From the NCBI RefSeq assembly GCF_001194135.2, contig NC_068987.1, forward strand, positions 93,748,585-93,806,215: a stretch of DNA of 57,631 nt, given 5' to 3'. A program made the position numbers and the translations under genes. This document shows positions 12,563 to 26,564 of this stretch, one piece after another (within the stretch, counting starts at the first letter, position 1; every line of letters begins with the position of its first letter). Source of the DNA: Octopus bimaculoides (taxonomy: Eukaryota). The notes beneath the pieces are model-generated. The model was not told where the DNA came from and did no database searches. It saw nothing but the letters and a program-made list of their open reading frames with translations.

Positions 12563-12970
12563 GTGGGCGCAACTGTTGCGTAAGAAGTTTGCTTACCATA
12601 CATGGTTCAGGGTTCAGTCCCAATGCGTGGCACCTTCAGCAAGTGTCTTCTACTGTAGTCTCGGACCGATCAACGCCTTGTGAGTGGATTAGGTAGACGG
12701 GAACTGAAAGAAGCCCGCCGTATGTGCATAGCTACGTATATGTATGTGTATGTGTGTCTATGTGCCTGTGTTTGTCCCTCACCTCTGCTTAACAACCGGT
12801 GTTGGCGTATCTATGTTTCCGAATCTTAGTGGTTCTGCAAAATAGTGCGAAAGAATAAGTACCAGGCATACTATGTATGCTAGGGCCGATTACCTCGACT
12901 AAAGTTCTTCAAAGCAGTTCCAGAGCATAGTCCCAATCTTAGAAATGGAAGAAATACAAGATAAAAGATA
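12563..12970 (+). mobile_element. tRNA-derived SINE, family A, full length
   Basis: B-box-like GGTTCAGTCCC, body GCCTTGTGAGTGGAT..GGAACTGAAAGAAGCCCG, internal GT/AT spacer and 3' AATAAGTACCAGG..TCGACTAAA. Homologous to the copies at 22516, 41639, 45263 and 50382. Confidence 0.9.
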
Positions 12971-13594
12971 ATGATGCGAACGGAAACGCACGGATTTCTG
13001 GATCTGAGTAGATTGTTTTATGAATGTGCAAAGTTGGTGCAATGGACATAAAAAATCCTGAATGTTATATGTGCGTATGTAACATGAATGCGTGCAGGTG
13101 GTGTCGCTGACATGTCCCAATGCATAAATGTTTCCGAATTTTTGTCTTTCGTCAGTGAAAAGAAATTTACAACGGTTTTCTATCAATTTAAGTATTTTAA
13201 AGTATTTTAGGTGTGTGATGTGGGTGGTGGAAAGTGGTCAGTGCGAAGGCGGGAGCAGGGGAACGAGCCAGGCAAGGAAGTTGGGTTAGGGNNNNNNNNN
13301 NNNNNNNNNNNNNNNNNNNNNNNNNNNNNNNNNNNNNNNNNNNNNNNNNNNNNNNNNNNNNNNNNNNNNNNNNNNNNNNNNNNNNNNNNNNNNNNNNNNN
13401 NNNNNNNNNNNNNNNNNNNNNNNNNNNNNNNNNNNNNNNNNNNNNNNNNNNNNNNNNNNNNNNNNNNNNNNNNNNNNNNNNNNNNNNNNNNNNNNNNNNN
13501 NNNNNNNNNNNNNNNNNNNNNNNNNNNNNNNNNNNNNNNNNNNNNNNNNNNNNNNNNNNNNNNNNNNNNNNNNNNNNNNNNNNNNNNNNNNNNN

Positions 13595-13637
<43 letters not shown>

Positions 13638-14191
13638 CATATGTATATATATATGTATATGTATGTGTCAGTATATGCATATATTAATGTTTCTATATAT
13701 ATATACACACATGCACAAAAACCCATGTGTATGTACCTCTACGTGTATGTCACGTGACCTTTAGTTTGTTTGATTGTCACTTTAAGATATGACTAATCAA
13801 AGCATTTGTGCATGTGTTTGCGTTTGTACGTGTGCGGGCGTATGTGTTGTCTGTACGTGTGCGTGCACGCGTGTGTATCTGTGTGTGTGTGCGTGTGTGT
13901 GTATGTAGGTAGGTAGTGAATTACGTTAATCTTATAAACGTTTCATATATCCGAAGGGCTTAGCGAAACCTATTCAAAGCTGGCAGACATTGAGATACAC
14001 AGATATGTATTCTGTCTGTCTGTCTGTCTCACAGTTTGTCTCACAATCTGTCTCTCTCTCTCTCTCTCTTTCACTCTCTTATTCTCTGTATATCTGTTTG
14101 GTTCACTCTCTCTCTCCCACTCTAGCACTCTCTGTCTGCTTGTTTCTCTCTCTTTCTCCCCCTTTCCACGTAGCTAACGCTCTCTTTTTCT

Positions 14192-14237
<46 letters not shown>

Positions 14238-15061
14238 NNNNNNNNNNNNNNNNNNNNNNNNNNNNNNNNNNNNNNNNNNNNNNNNNNNNNNNNNNNNNNN
14301 NNNNNNNNNNNNNNNNNNNNNNNNNNNNNNNNNNNNNNNNNNNNNNNNNNNNNNNNNNNNNNNNNNNNNNNNNNNNNNNNNNNNNNNNNNNNNNNNNNNN
14401 NNNNNNNNNNNNNNNNNNNNNNNNNNNNNNNNNNNNNNNNNNNNNNNNNNNNNNNNNNNNNNNNNNNNNNNNNNNNNNNNNNNNNNNNNNNNNNNNNNNN
14501 NNNNNNNNNNNNNNNNNNNNNNNNNNNNNNNNNNNNNNNNNNNNNNNNNNNNNNNNNNNNNNNNNNNNNNNNNNNNNNNNNNNNNNNNNNNNNNNNNNNN
14601 NNNNNNNNNNNNNNNNNNNNNNNNNNNNNNNNNNNNNNNNNNNNNNNNNNNNNNNNNNNNNNNNNNNNNNNNNNNNNNNNNNNNNNNNNNNNNNNNNNNN
14701 NNNNNNNNNNNNNNNNNNNNNNNNNNNNNNNNNNNNNNNNNATCATGCACATATGTGTGCGTGTGTATATATACCTATACGAAGAAATTCACCTTAATCC
14801 TTAAACTTGATCCAGATCGGAATACCGAACGAGAGATTAACCTAAATCTAACAAATCCCTACATACTTCACAGACGTCTACGGACACAGAAACGCGCTCA
14901 CACACACTCACACTCACTCACACACAGACAAACACACACACACACACACACACATGCACACACACACACTCACACACACAGAACGCGTATTTACATATAT
15001 ATGTGTATGCATACATACACAGACATATATACGTATATATACATATAGATATGTTTACATT

Positions 15062-15102
<41 letters not shown>

Positions 15103-16583
15103 ATATATATGTTTTGATATGTACACATGCACAGACACACACACAGGCACATATTTATTTTCTGTTATTTGTATCTCCACCAATTCGGTGATCAGCCGTT
15201 TGTATATATATATATATATATATATATATACTCCCTGTTCAATGCGTGTTCCGTGTCGCTCACACAATGTAATTAATGTTGGTGTTTGTGGTAGTATTTT
15301 TAAGTCGCAAGCAAACCAACGTATCGACACGCGAACACAAACGCAACACCACACGTATGTTTATGATGAAGATGTTCATCACACTGTATATAATATCCTT
15401 CTCTTGTTATTCTATTCTTGTTGTTCTCCAGAGATTCTCTATCGATTAAATTACGTAGCAGCTCTCACAAATAACTGCTTCAACTGCAACGAACAAGAAG
15501 ACCTGTTTCAAATCATACACTGTTTCCTTTACATTAAGAAAGAAGCGTTGATACGTCTTGTCTAAAGAAAGTATACACTTATAACGCTGTTTTCAACTGA
15601 CGCTTTCTTCAGCATTTAGACTATTGTACACGAAGACACCGTCTTCAGCTGCACTCTTTCCACTGTTTGGCGGGGTCTATGAGACACCGTACACCTTTTA
15701 ACTGCAATGTTAATATCTAGAGTTTGTATGTAAAGCGGCGCGAACAAAATACTCAACGGCATTCCGTCTGTTTTTAACGTTCTTGTACATGTCTCAGTAG
15801 GAACACAGTCAAATCGATAGGAATTCTTAAATTGATTAGTCGATACTAATGTTATAAATATGTGGCACCAGAAATCCAAAACCAGATAGGAACCCGAAAA
15901 CATTAAAGACCATAACCAAACTACAAACAGTTGAAGTATTTTTGGTGAACTTTTACCGATTCCACCACTCAGCGCCTACTTCACGTGAGATGTCTGAAGC
16001 ACGCCAACAAATAATTCCTTACTATTTAATTCAGCTGTTCTCAACCATCTTTCTGGACTGCCTTTGTTTCCCATTGTGACCAGTTGGAACCTCCTAGCCA
16101 TTTCGCGTATAAAAACTTGTATCATACTTTTTATAATTAAGTATTTTAGGAATTGTATTAAAAGCACTTTAAGACGATTTGTACATTGTAGAAGTATTAC
16201 CAGCTTATTGCACATAAATATTAGCAAGGGAATCTGATGTGAACCTGAAGGGTGAAATGGATCCCATTTGAGAGCTACTAACATAAAATATAGTTTAGTG
16301 AATCCAGACTCACCATTACTAGCAAGCTTAGTGCTTTCGTTGTCGTTTTAGCAGTTGTGGAAACTGTTGCGATTACTGTTGGAAGTGATGTTGATCAGAT
16401 TCAGTATGACTAGAAAAGAAAAAAAACCCCATCGAACAGTGATTATGAATTCAGAATTCATGAGTGAAATGAATCACTTGCTTCAATATATTAACAGATT
16501 ACCCGTTTCACTTAAGTCGTACTGAATTCGTCTTCCACCTTTCCTAGAGTAGAAGTCTGATTGTATGTGTCTCAATGTGTGTT

Positions 16584-16660
<77 letters not shown>

Positions 16661-17359
16661 CAGAAAAAAGCCAGAATCACGATATATATATGATTCATTT
16701 ATATAAAAAATAATATAAAATATATGTATTTAAGCGTTTACCATTATGTGCGTTCGTCTGTGTGCATGAGTGCGAGGTACATAGATATTAGACAAAATTC
16801 GGTTAATCTGGCGTATTTTGTATTCACTATGCAAAATGGAAATTGATAGCTTCAAGCAAACAAGTGATATATATTTGTGCAATAATATTTAATAAATGCT
16901 TGTTAAAAAGAAAAAAATCTCTGAAAAAGGTGGTTACAGCATACTCTTTTAAGTTTGGGTTTTCAGCTTTTACTAACATAGATTATGAACATGGATATAG
17001 TGATAAAATTTTAGTGGAAAATAATCGACGGTTAGAAATACTGGCCTTGTTAACCTTGGAGTTATAACGAATAAAGTCGGCCAGAGCGTGAAGTAGATTT
17101 GAAGACTATGAAAAACTTATTAAATAGCTTCAGTTATTAAATGCATTAATCTGACATTCTATATTCCCACGGCACTAAATGAATAAATTTCGATTATATT
17201 ATCACAAGCACGAATTAAAGGGGGGACGAACATCAGATTTGTCATTTAGAAAAAAGGGAAACATAACAGATCTATCTATCTATCTATCTGCTTGCCTGCC
17301 TGTCTCTCTGCCTATCTATCTATCAATTTGTCACTAGTCTATCTATCCATCCATCTATC

Positions 17360-17391
<32 letters not shown>

Positions 17392-18395
17392 TGTATGTAT
17401 GTATGTATGTATGTATGTATGAGTGTATGTGTGTATGTACATATATATTTATATATAGATGTATGTATAAACATCATTGCGAAAATACAGTATATATATA
17501 TATATATATATATACATCATTGCAAAAAAAGATGCGTGTATGTGTGTGTATGTGTGTGTGTATGTATGTGTGTGCGCGTGTGTGTGAATAGCAAGTATGT
17601 TAAATCTGCCATGTTGACAAAACATTTGCAAATATGAAAGCAAACATATTCATTCATTGACAAACATGGAGACGCGCATGCGCCCAGTCAGTTGCTGACG
17701 TGCAAAGCCATTCTCACCCTCATCCAGTCACCTACTCACACACTTACACACACACATGCACACACATAAACTTACACCCGCATATACACATGTACATACA
17801 TACATCAAAATCAATGATAAGCCCATTGCCATTAAAGCACAATATTTCGTGGACTTTCATTAAGTCGTGAAACTAAACGTGTTGTCAATGGCTAATCGCT
17901 CAAGATTCTCAGACACGGAATGAAATAGGTGTGATGATTCCTGCCTAATTACATAGATTAAGGTAATTAATGGCTATACCCTTCATTCCGCTTCGCTATT
18001 AAACGAACCTAACTGATGTTTATGTCTGTCACTTGAAGTGCGTGAATAAAGGTTAGGTGTGTATATAAGGGTGACGATAATGATAATAATGATGCTGCCG
18101 CTGATGATGATGATGAAGATGAGGAGGAGGAGGAAGATGACATCGCTGCTGATGATGATGATAAAATGTAATTAAGCTATTTCAATATATGCGTTCGTGT
18201 CAAAACAAAATATGTATATATATTTATAAGTATTATATTTGTATGTACACACAAACACACACACACACACAGACACAGACACACACGCACACGCACACAC
18301 ACAAACACGCACACGCACACACACACACACATGTATATTATATGGATATATATATGCAGAGAAGGAGAGTCATGTATAAATACATATGCAAACAT

Positions 18396-18464
<69 letters not shown>

Positions 18465-18466
18465 TG

Positions 18467-18531
<65 letters not shown>

Positions 18532-20025
18532 GCATACACACACAGGCACACACTTGCGTTCGTGTGAAAGTATTTCTGTGTAATATATACTTATATACAA
18601 AAACTACTAAATGTAAATATCTATTAAACTTATTATTCTTTCTTTATGCAACTACTTCAATATGTACAGCCTAAGTTCTATGTATATACGCACACTGGCA
18701 TATATACACATATACGTATGTGTATTAGCATTTAAGTTTGTGAGTGTGTGTGTGCAGTCTGTACGTATGGACGACTTAATCCTGCGTCTGTGCCTATATT
18801 TTATGTGCGCAGAAGCCTCTCTGTGAATGAGCGATGTTATCTGACTCTGCTATATCCAGATACATCTCTCGCACTTCACCAACAATAAATTTATAAATTC
18901 TTGACCTGCCAAGCCTTGCATTTACAGCAGTTTAATCTATCAAACGTCAAAGACTACATTTTCAGACTTACAATTGGGTGTACTTAACATTAACCATAAA
19001 TAAATAAATAAATAAATAAATACTTAAGACCTAAATAAATAAAAGCAAGATGTCTAAATGTGTATTTACTTAAAATTTGTGCGTAGTTTTTCTTTCAGAC
19101 TTGTATCAGTTTATTTTTCACTTTGCAAAATTTAAGACGGTCAATATCAAAGTGACATAGTTTGTTTAAATCAAGAAAGCTTTTGAGATTTCTGAGTACC
19201 AGAATTGGTCGATGTGTACATATATGTGAATGTCTGTGTGAATGAACACATATCTTATGTTTGTGCTTCATTGCTGTGTATTTGTACAAAGTTAAACGTC
19301 GTTTAATAATCTAACTTTGCAGTCAGCAAGTTTTGGTGTCGCCATTTCGTTTCCTAAGTACAGTTTTGTTAATGAGGAGCTTTTGCCGGCACATAGATCT
19401 AAACATCTTTCTCTGTTCTTGTCTGCTAATTAGTCGCCATATTACATTGGAACACGCTTATCCTCCCGTACATTTGTCTATTAGCATCTGGTTTTATGCA
19501 ACTAACGTTTTTACGAGAAAAATGTCAGCTTGTCTGCCATATGAAATTCAGCAGTCATTATTTTAAAACAAGTTGACGAGTGCTGCCCCATAGAACGCAA
19601 CATTTCTGTGCCAATGAGCAATTATTAGTTATCATTCAGAAGATTACGCATTTGATAGTTTTGCAACAAGCGTCACCAGAGATTCACGAGTTATATCAAA
19701 TTCTTTGGAGAGACGTTGCACAGATACTCACTCCGAAGTAAATTTAACCATACTTTATCGTAATCCTGATATTTGTTTATATTCCAGGTTTTGCCCGAAG
19801 ATTACGCTTGATCATTTTGCATTGGGTTTGCTAAGATCTTAATGTAATAACCTTTCATACTGCAAAATACAGCTTGTGAATTTAGTGCAAACTTGTTGTT
19901 GAGGATCGAAAGTTCTCATAGTTTCTTGCGATGACCAAGTATTTTACTTACCTTTCGTCGTTTGTCTTAACTGCATTTAATTAGCGCGTTCTTATCTTTT
20001 GTCCACAGTTCACCATGACCATCTT

Positions 20026-20076
<51 letters not shown>

Positions 20077-20711
20077 TGTGTGTGAGTATTTCAGTGTGTT
20101 GATTTTTACATCAATGCCAGGCGTGCAATGAATGCCAAAAACATATAAATAACGAATCAAATTTTTATGATAAAGTGAGAGATATATAGAGAGAACGAGA
20201 AAGAAGGAGAGAGAGAGAAAAAGTGGGAGAGAGAGAGAGAGGGGGAGAGAAAGAACAGGAAAACGAAGTACACACATGCTACTTTTGCGCCACATGTATT
20301 TCTTTCTACAATTGCCGCTAATGCATGTGTGTATCTATGTGTGTATAAATATATAGCGTGTGCTCAGGCTTCAACAAGAAGTACAGCACTCGATCAGCTA
20401 AGAGATTAAAGATATAATAAAAAGACACAAGTCCTGTGAAATACAGTTACCCAGGTGTTTTCCTAAGCGAAATATTTATTTCGCCATTTTTTTCAGGCTG
20501 ATAAAACTCACAAACCCTTTATTAACTGTCTTCCAAGCAGTTGACATTTGAATGAGAACGCTGTATGATAAAAGAAAGAGAAAAAACCACAGAGGGACAA
20601 CCAAAGCGAAGATAACCAACGTTACGACAAACATTACGAATAAAAAAATTATGTAAACCAGACTTGAATGGTTTATGATGTGTCCGGTGGTTTATCATTT
20701 ATTTCAGTTAT

Positions 20712-20745
20712 AGGCGCACACGTGGCTGTGTGGTAAGAAGCTTGA
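20712..20745 (+). mobile_element. SINE family A head fragment
   Basis: GGCGCACACGTGGCTGTGTGGTAAGAAGCTTG matches the heads of the 22516 and 41639 copies. Confidence 0.65.
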
Positions 20746-20953
20746 TGTTAGAGTTGATGTTTTCGATTTTAAGTTTCCAGATTGATGGCTTTTCTTCCTA
20801 TTTTCTTCCATTTGAGCGTCTCATTCAACGTTTCGAACGTTGATAACAAAACGTCTTGTTTTATGAGCTTGAAAAAATATTTTGACCATGAAAACCTGGG
20901 TGGTGGTATTTCACAAGAGATGGTTTTTATTATCAGACAAACACACGCCACAC

Positions 20954-20997
<44 letters not shown>

Positions 20998-21719
20998 TGA
21001 CACACAAATAAGACACACAGTTACACATACACTCACACACGCATACACACACACGCTCACACATACAAACTCACACAAGTATACACGCACTGACACACAC
21101 ACACGCACACAGACATCTCTGATGCATACACACTGCTACTGAGGATGATGATGTTGTTCATGATGATGGTGACGACGACAATGATGACAGTGACAATGAA
21201 TTATGAAGGATGAGATGTTGATGATGACGATGATGACGAAGATGGTGATGGTGATGAAGACGACGATAACGATGCAAAGCAGGATGCCGTTGAAAATAAT
21301 GCTCCTGATGGTATTGTTAGATGGATGCTGACAAGGCCGGTGACGGGTACAACGGCAATGATGATGATCTCGATGAAGATCGAAATGATAATGAGAAATA
21401 ACAAGACGCTGATCATAGTGATGATGATGGTTTGGCCTTTGATCACATTAATCAGCTGGCTTAAATAACGTTGCTATTATTTTCTTAAAAAATATATATT
21501 ATTAAGTTCAAATCTGACGGGTCATAGGAAAGACATATTTAAAAGAGCTTAAGATTAACACAGTTCTTAATGTATAAATATGGAATTTGTGTGGAATATG
21601 GTTTTATTAGGTATAAGGTGGTATGGAGAAAGAGGTTATAGGTTCGAGCAGTAGTGTGTATCGATCTCAGGAGGAGTTTGTGTGTACGAAAATATATGTA
21701 TCGATATATAGACATAAAT

Positions 21720-21751
<32 letters not shown>

Positions 21752-22515
21752 CCTATCTATTTATCTGTCTGTCTGTCTGTCTGTCCATCAAACTACCTAC
21801 CTGCCTATCTATTTATCTATCTGTTTGTCTGTCTTCCTCTCTACCGAAGATGATACTGCTTAGTTTCGATTAAGTTGTAGTGTATTTTCATCCCGTTTAT
21901 TTACCTTTTCGACATTATTTTCGGTTCTCAAGCATTTTAAGATAATAACATATAAGTAACTGGAGTTTTGTAGGGAACAGGAAATGTTAAACTAGAACCT
22001 GCATTAAGGGGAAAAAAAAATCAACCAACTTCTCCGCTTTCCAGTTTTTTCCCCTCTACTTGGAGTTAGAAATACTTCCACTCCTTGAAGTTAACGAATT
22101 TTGAAAAGATATGGATAGACTGTCATGCTTTAAAAATTGTATGTTTTAAACTTGTGCTAAATACGAACGAATACAGAAGTATCAAAAGAATGGAAATTGT
22201 ATTTTGTTCTCTAACAGAGGGAAGGAAAATAAGTTTCACTTATATTTGTGGGTATGAAGGCTAGTATTTATCAGTCTGTGAACCGCTGAGCTTGACTGTT
22301 TGAAAGTGACATTTATTCGTTATGGTCTACGAATTGTATTATCGACAATATTTATCAAACTTTTGGTTGATTTTTTTTTCCCTTAATGTCACAAATAATA
22401 TCATACCTTTTATATTTTTAATCCAGTGGTAACTTGCAATCTTCTGTCTTTCACACATGAGACTCTTCTGCTGTATGGTTAGTTTTAGAGCTTCTGTTGA
22501 CATTTCTGTTATATA

Positions 22516-22845
22516 GGTGCAGGAGAGGCTGTGTGGTAAGAAGCTTGTTTCCCAACCACATGGTTTCGTGTTCAGTCCCACTGCATGAAAACTTGGTCGA
22601 CCCAAGCCTCGTGAGTGAATTTGTTGGACGGAAACTGAAAGAAGCCTCTGTATTGCGTGTTGAAAACCGGTGTTGATGTGTTTACGCCTCGTACCTTAGC
22701 GGTTCGGCTTAAGAGATGATAAAATAAGTACTAGGCTTTATAAGAAATGAGTCATGAGGTCGATTCATTCGATAAAAAATTCTTCAAGGCGGCGCCCCAG
22801 CATGGACGCATTCTAAATTACTAAAACTAGTCAAAGAAAAACAAG
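22516..22845 (+). mobile_element. SINE family A, internally deleted
   Basis: Head GGCTGTGTGGTAAGAAGCTTGTTTCCCAACCACATGG..GTTCAGTCCC and 3' TTCTTCAAGGCGGCGCCCCAGCATGG. Confidence 0.9.
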
Positions 22846-24042
22846 CATATATATTTGCCCCCTCCAGGCGCAGTACCGTGTTGCTCAACGGAAATGACTG
22901 TGTAGTAAACCGGAAGTACTCAGTGACCTAAATTTCGACTGATGGTCAAACGCTCGCCACTTCGTTTTAGTCTTATAAACGTATCACTTTATTAATGATA
23001 ATTATAAATTAATTTGCCATATTGATTTTATTTTAAAAAATCACAATTTATCGATTTTATAATGAAATGTTTATGTAAAAGGTTGTACATTTTCTATGTT
23101 GTTGTTGTTGTTGTTGTTGTTATTGTTTAATGGTTTCCAAGATTGTTGCAAGCGAAGCTAAACCACTTCCACAACAGCATGGTGCCAGATTATGATGGGG
23201 GAGAGCTTTATTTATTACTCTGAAACACTCAAAGAGACCGTATTCCAATTAATAATCAATCAATTAATTAATTATTTAATTAATTAATGGGTGTTGGTGA
23301 GGGAGAAATTAGAAATGAACTTTATAAAAGAAATATCTGGAATATATTTCTTTTAGTTCAAATTCTACTAAGCTTAACTCATATTAACATTCCATTCTCT
23401 GAGAATTGGTAAAATATAACATAGACCAGTAATATACTTGGGTCGATTCAGTGAGTGATTATTTCTCTAGACATTGTGTCAATCTGGGAATTAAAATATT
23501 TACATATTGAAGAATGACAAATACTCTTTTATCAGGTTTTTTTTCCCTCTCAAATCCGAAATCAGAACGCAAAGGCACAGAAATAAAAAGTAACTTGTCT
23601 AAATTGAAATATTGGGTAAAGTTAGTGTATCTATGTGTGTGTGTGTTTGTAGATCTATGTGTGTGTCTGTTTGCTTATGAGTGTATGTAGAATATACATA
23701 TAGCGTTTCACAAAGGAGGCTTGTATGTGTTCTCTATATTTCGTTGGGTGTCGTGTCCTCACAGATTCAGTGAGTTTTTAGGGTCTCTGTGACATCTTAA
23801 TTACTTCCTTAACGCGAGTTATAAATTTTGATAATCTGCTTCATGCATTTTGCGACCATAAAGCTGGAGGATCATTTTCATTCCTTTGAAGGACATAATA
23901 TAAATCTCGTAAGGCAAGGCTGTAGGGTTACAACAAAGAAGAGAGTTGTAACCCTGTTCTTGGTCTCTTTTTATCCAGTTCGGAGCAGCATGAAAATATG
24001 AACTCAAGCGAAACATTGTTATTATTTTTGTCATATTATTAA

Positions 24043-24240
24043 TCTTTCATCTTATATTCTAATCATTGGAGGGCATCCATGCTGGAGCATAACTCTGATG
24101 GATTTAGTCAAATGAATACACACCACAGCTTTACTTTTCTTTAAAGTTTGGTACTTGTTCCATCGGTTACATTTGACAAACCGCTATATAACCGGGACAT
24201 TCACAAAAGTGTTGTCAAGCGGTAGTGCGCACATCAAAAC
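24043..24240 (-). mobile_element. SINE family A, 3' half
   Basis: The reverse complement matches the family 3' half (CCGCTTGACAAC..AGCGGTT..AAGTACCA..GCTCCAGCATGG). Confidence 0.8.
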
Positions 24241-24524
24241 AGGAAATGGTAAATTTTTGCTACATTTTATTCAACAAGAATTTTTCATTCCCCTGTTTGA
24301 TATTATTACTCCAAAGAAAATATTTTCCGATACTTTTAACTCTTACACATGACTCACACAAATATAACATCTACACAAGATTTTATGACACGAAAATATG
24401 CAGATGTACTTCAAGAGGAAGTTGCTTGTCTTCTAACCTTATTTATATAACATATGATTGGATGTGGGCTTTGCTTGTGTGCGTATGTATGTGTATGTGT
24501 GTGTATGCATGTATGTATGTATGC

Positions 24525-24558
<34 letters not shown>

Positions 24559-24568
24559 NNNNNNNNNN

Positions 24569-24602
<34 letters not shown>

Positions 24603-24819
24603 ATGTTTGTTTTAATCTTTAGTTATAATAAAACTGGTTTTACATTAATCAGATGGGTTACTGTACACATTTACAGAGTTCAAATTTATTATTTTTATAC
24701 AATAATGTTGTTGAGAGTGACTTCGAAGTTACGACCAGCTAAACTTGGAAGGTACTATCAACAATATTTTTGTAGAAGATTGATAAATTGATGTGTGCGT
24801 GTGTGTGTGTGTGTAGCGC

Positions 24820-25528
24820 GTGATCGTCGCATTGACCACATAACAGAGGAAGTTGCCATGGTGATACCTGCGCAGGGGCCTACGCAAAGTTGCAGAAAAT
24901 GTATAGAGTGGAGCGTATGAGCCGCACACAAGTGTACGAGTGGTTCAGACGCTTCCAAGATGGCCGAATAAATGTCGATATTGATGAACGTTTTGGGAGA
25001 CCCGCAGCCATCAGAACTGAGAAAACATCGCAGATATGGCTGCAGTTGTGAGGGGAAATCGTCGAATCACCATCCATGAGTTATCAGATGATGTGCATAT
25101 TAGTTACGTTTCAGTTCAGTCCATTATCACTGAAGATTTGGGTATGAGATGTGTGTCGGCCAAGTTTCTGTAGAAACTGCTTTCAGCAGACCGAAAAGAC
25201 ACTCGGGTTTCAGTTGCACAAGATCTCCTTGATTGTGACGAGAACGATGAAAACTTTTCGTAGGCCCCTGAGCAGGTATAGCCAAGCTTTTCGCAAAAAC
25301 TGATGCAAATTCTCTGCTCTACCTTCTGTGGCATAGTCAATATGACAATCATACGTTACACACCTTCCTTACAAGCACTGCTGTAAACAGCGAAAATGAC
25401 CTAGGACGTTAAAACCTAGTGCACATGCACAGCAGACTTCAAAGTAAATCTGTGCCCAGTGTTTTTTCTCTGAGTGCTCTATATTCGTTAATATAGCAAC
25501 AGTCTCGTTACTTATTAATCTGACTACG
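24820..25528 (-). mobile_element. Mariner relic with internal inversion (24860-25258 on + strand)
   Basis: Mariner-type TIR at 25501-25528 with TA at 25529-30. The minus strand reads MPQKVEQRICISFCEKLGYTCSGAY. The + strand reads GDTCAGAYAKLQKMY..VYEWFRRFQDGR..GRP..RRITIHELSDDVHIS..EDLGMRCVSAKF..DENF (HTH region). Confidence 0.9.
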
Positions 25529-25734
25529 TATGTATGTATGTATGTAATGTCAGAATCTGAAGATTACCTGGAGACGGAGGCACGTTATAGAATCCTTCCT
25601 AACCAAGCGTCTTAATGAAGAATGTCTGTTTGTAGCTCCTGTGTTGTGATACAGATGTTACATCAAATGATAACTTAGACTGGATTAGATGTTTTTTGCT
25701 ATACATGTGCGTGGTTATGTGTGCATGTGTTTGT

Positions 25735-25875
25735 ATACGACAGGCTTCCACACAGTTTTCGTCTACCAAATTCACTCACACAAATCATTGGTAAATCTGC
25801 ATCTGTAGGGGTGGGACTGAACCCAGAACCATGTGATTTCGAAAACGAAGATCTTAATCATACAGCCATGTCTAT
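25735..25875 (-). mobile_element. SINE family A, 5' half
   Basis: Reverse complement reads GGCTGTATGATTAAG..CACATGGTTCTGGGTTCAGTCCCAC..GTGAGTGAATTTGGTAGACGAAAACTG..GAAGCCTGTCG. Confidence 0.85.
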
Positions 25876-26346
25876 CTAGGAAACAACCCTCACACCCAGC
25901 GCTTATTGTAATTCATGTCGTCGTAGTTATTGTCATCATCACCGTCGTCTTCATCGCCGCCGTCATCTCGTCGTCGTCGTCGTCGTCGTCGTCATCAATC
26001 ATCATCATAATGTTCATCAACCGTAGTTTGACTTCACCTTTCAAGTGAAATATCTAAGTTTCTGAAATAACCTACACGAAAGAATTTAAAACCGTACCAT
26101 CTAAGTTGATGGGATTAAATTAAGAAGGGCTTACTTATTCCCTTATATTGTTGTGTCGTGTGCGTCGTGCGTGTGTGTGTGTGCGGGGTGCCCTTGTATC
26201 TACTTCTTTATTTGAAGATAATTGCTTTAATTCGTAATTTTGAAAGCGGAGGCGGTTTATTTACACCCATCTTCTTTTCTTGGATCTAATTAATGTTTAT
26301 AAACGACAAAAGCTGCGGTCAAACACCATCTTTTGTTCGGGATATT

Positions 26347-26564
26347 ATTTATGTCAGTTAAGCTAACCCAAATATCTTTAGGGGGTCGATAGTATTAGGG
26401 ATCGGGGGTGCGAGCAACAATCCTGATTAACACAGTTTTGTTACGATCTCTATACAAACACACACATACACACACACACACTACTGAATACACACACACA
26501 CTATCGAATACACACACACACACACAAATACCCACCATTTATATCAGTTAAGCTAACCCAAATA
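26347..26564. repeat. 28-bp direct repeat pair, 190 bp apart
   Basis: ATTTATRTCAGTTAAGCTAACCCAAATA at 26347-26374 and 26537-26564 (27/28 identical). Confidence 0.85.

Noticed and set aside
13281-13291. TTGGGTTAGGG entering a gap (possible interstitial telomeric repeat)
   Set aside because: Only one true TTAGGG unit is visible and the gap content is unknown.
15395-15565. Strong polypyrimidine tract plus CAG acceptor at 15430
   Set aside because: The downstream frames close quickly or lack homology, and there is no clear donor.
15580-15615. Minus-strand CTGAAGA...GAAA hammerhead-like pattern
   Set aside because: Weak wobble stem II, no stem I and no TE context; expected by chance.
16032-16280. 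Possible hAT MITE (CAGCTGTTCTCAAC ... TTTGAGAGCTACTA)
   Set aside because: The TIR match is poor and the 8-bp flanks (ATTTAATT vs ACATAAAA) are not a TSD.
17665-18030. Enhancer-like patch (GCGCATGCGC, TGACGT, several TAAT/ATTA)
   Set aside because: Short motifs in AT-rich DNA with no conservation data; unsupported.
19618-19830. ~25-bp diverged direct repeat (GAAGATTACGC..TTGAT..TTTTGCA) ~180 bp apart, and a nearby minus-strand GTAAGT donor
   Set aside because: No open frame or recognisable protein repeat, and too short to classify.
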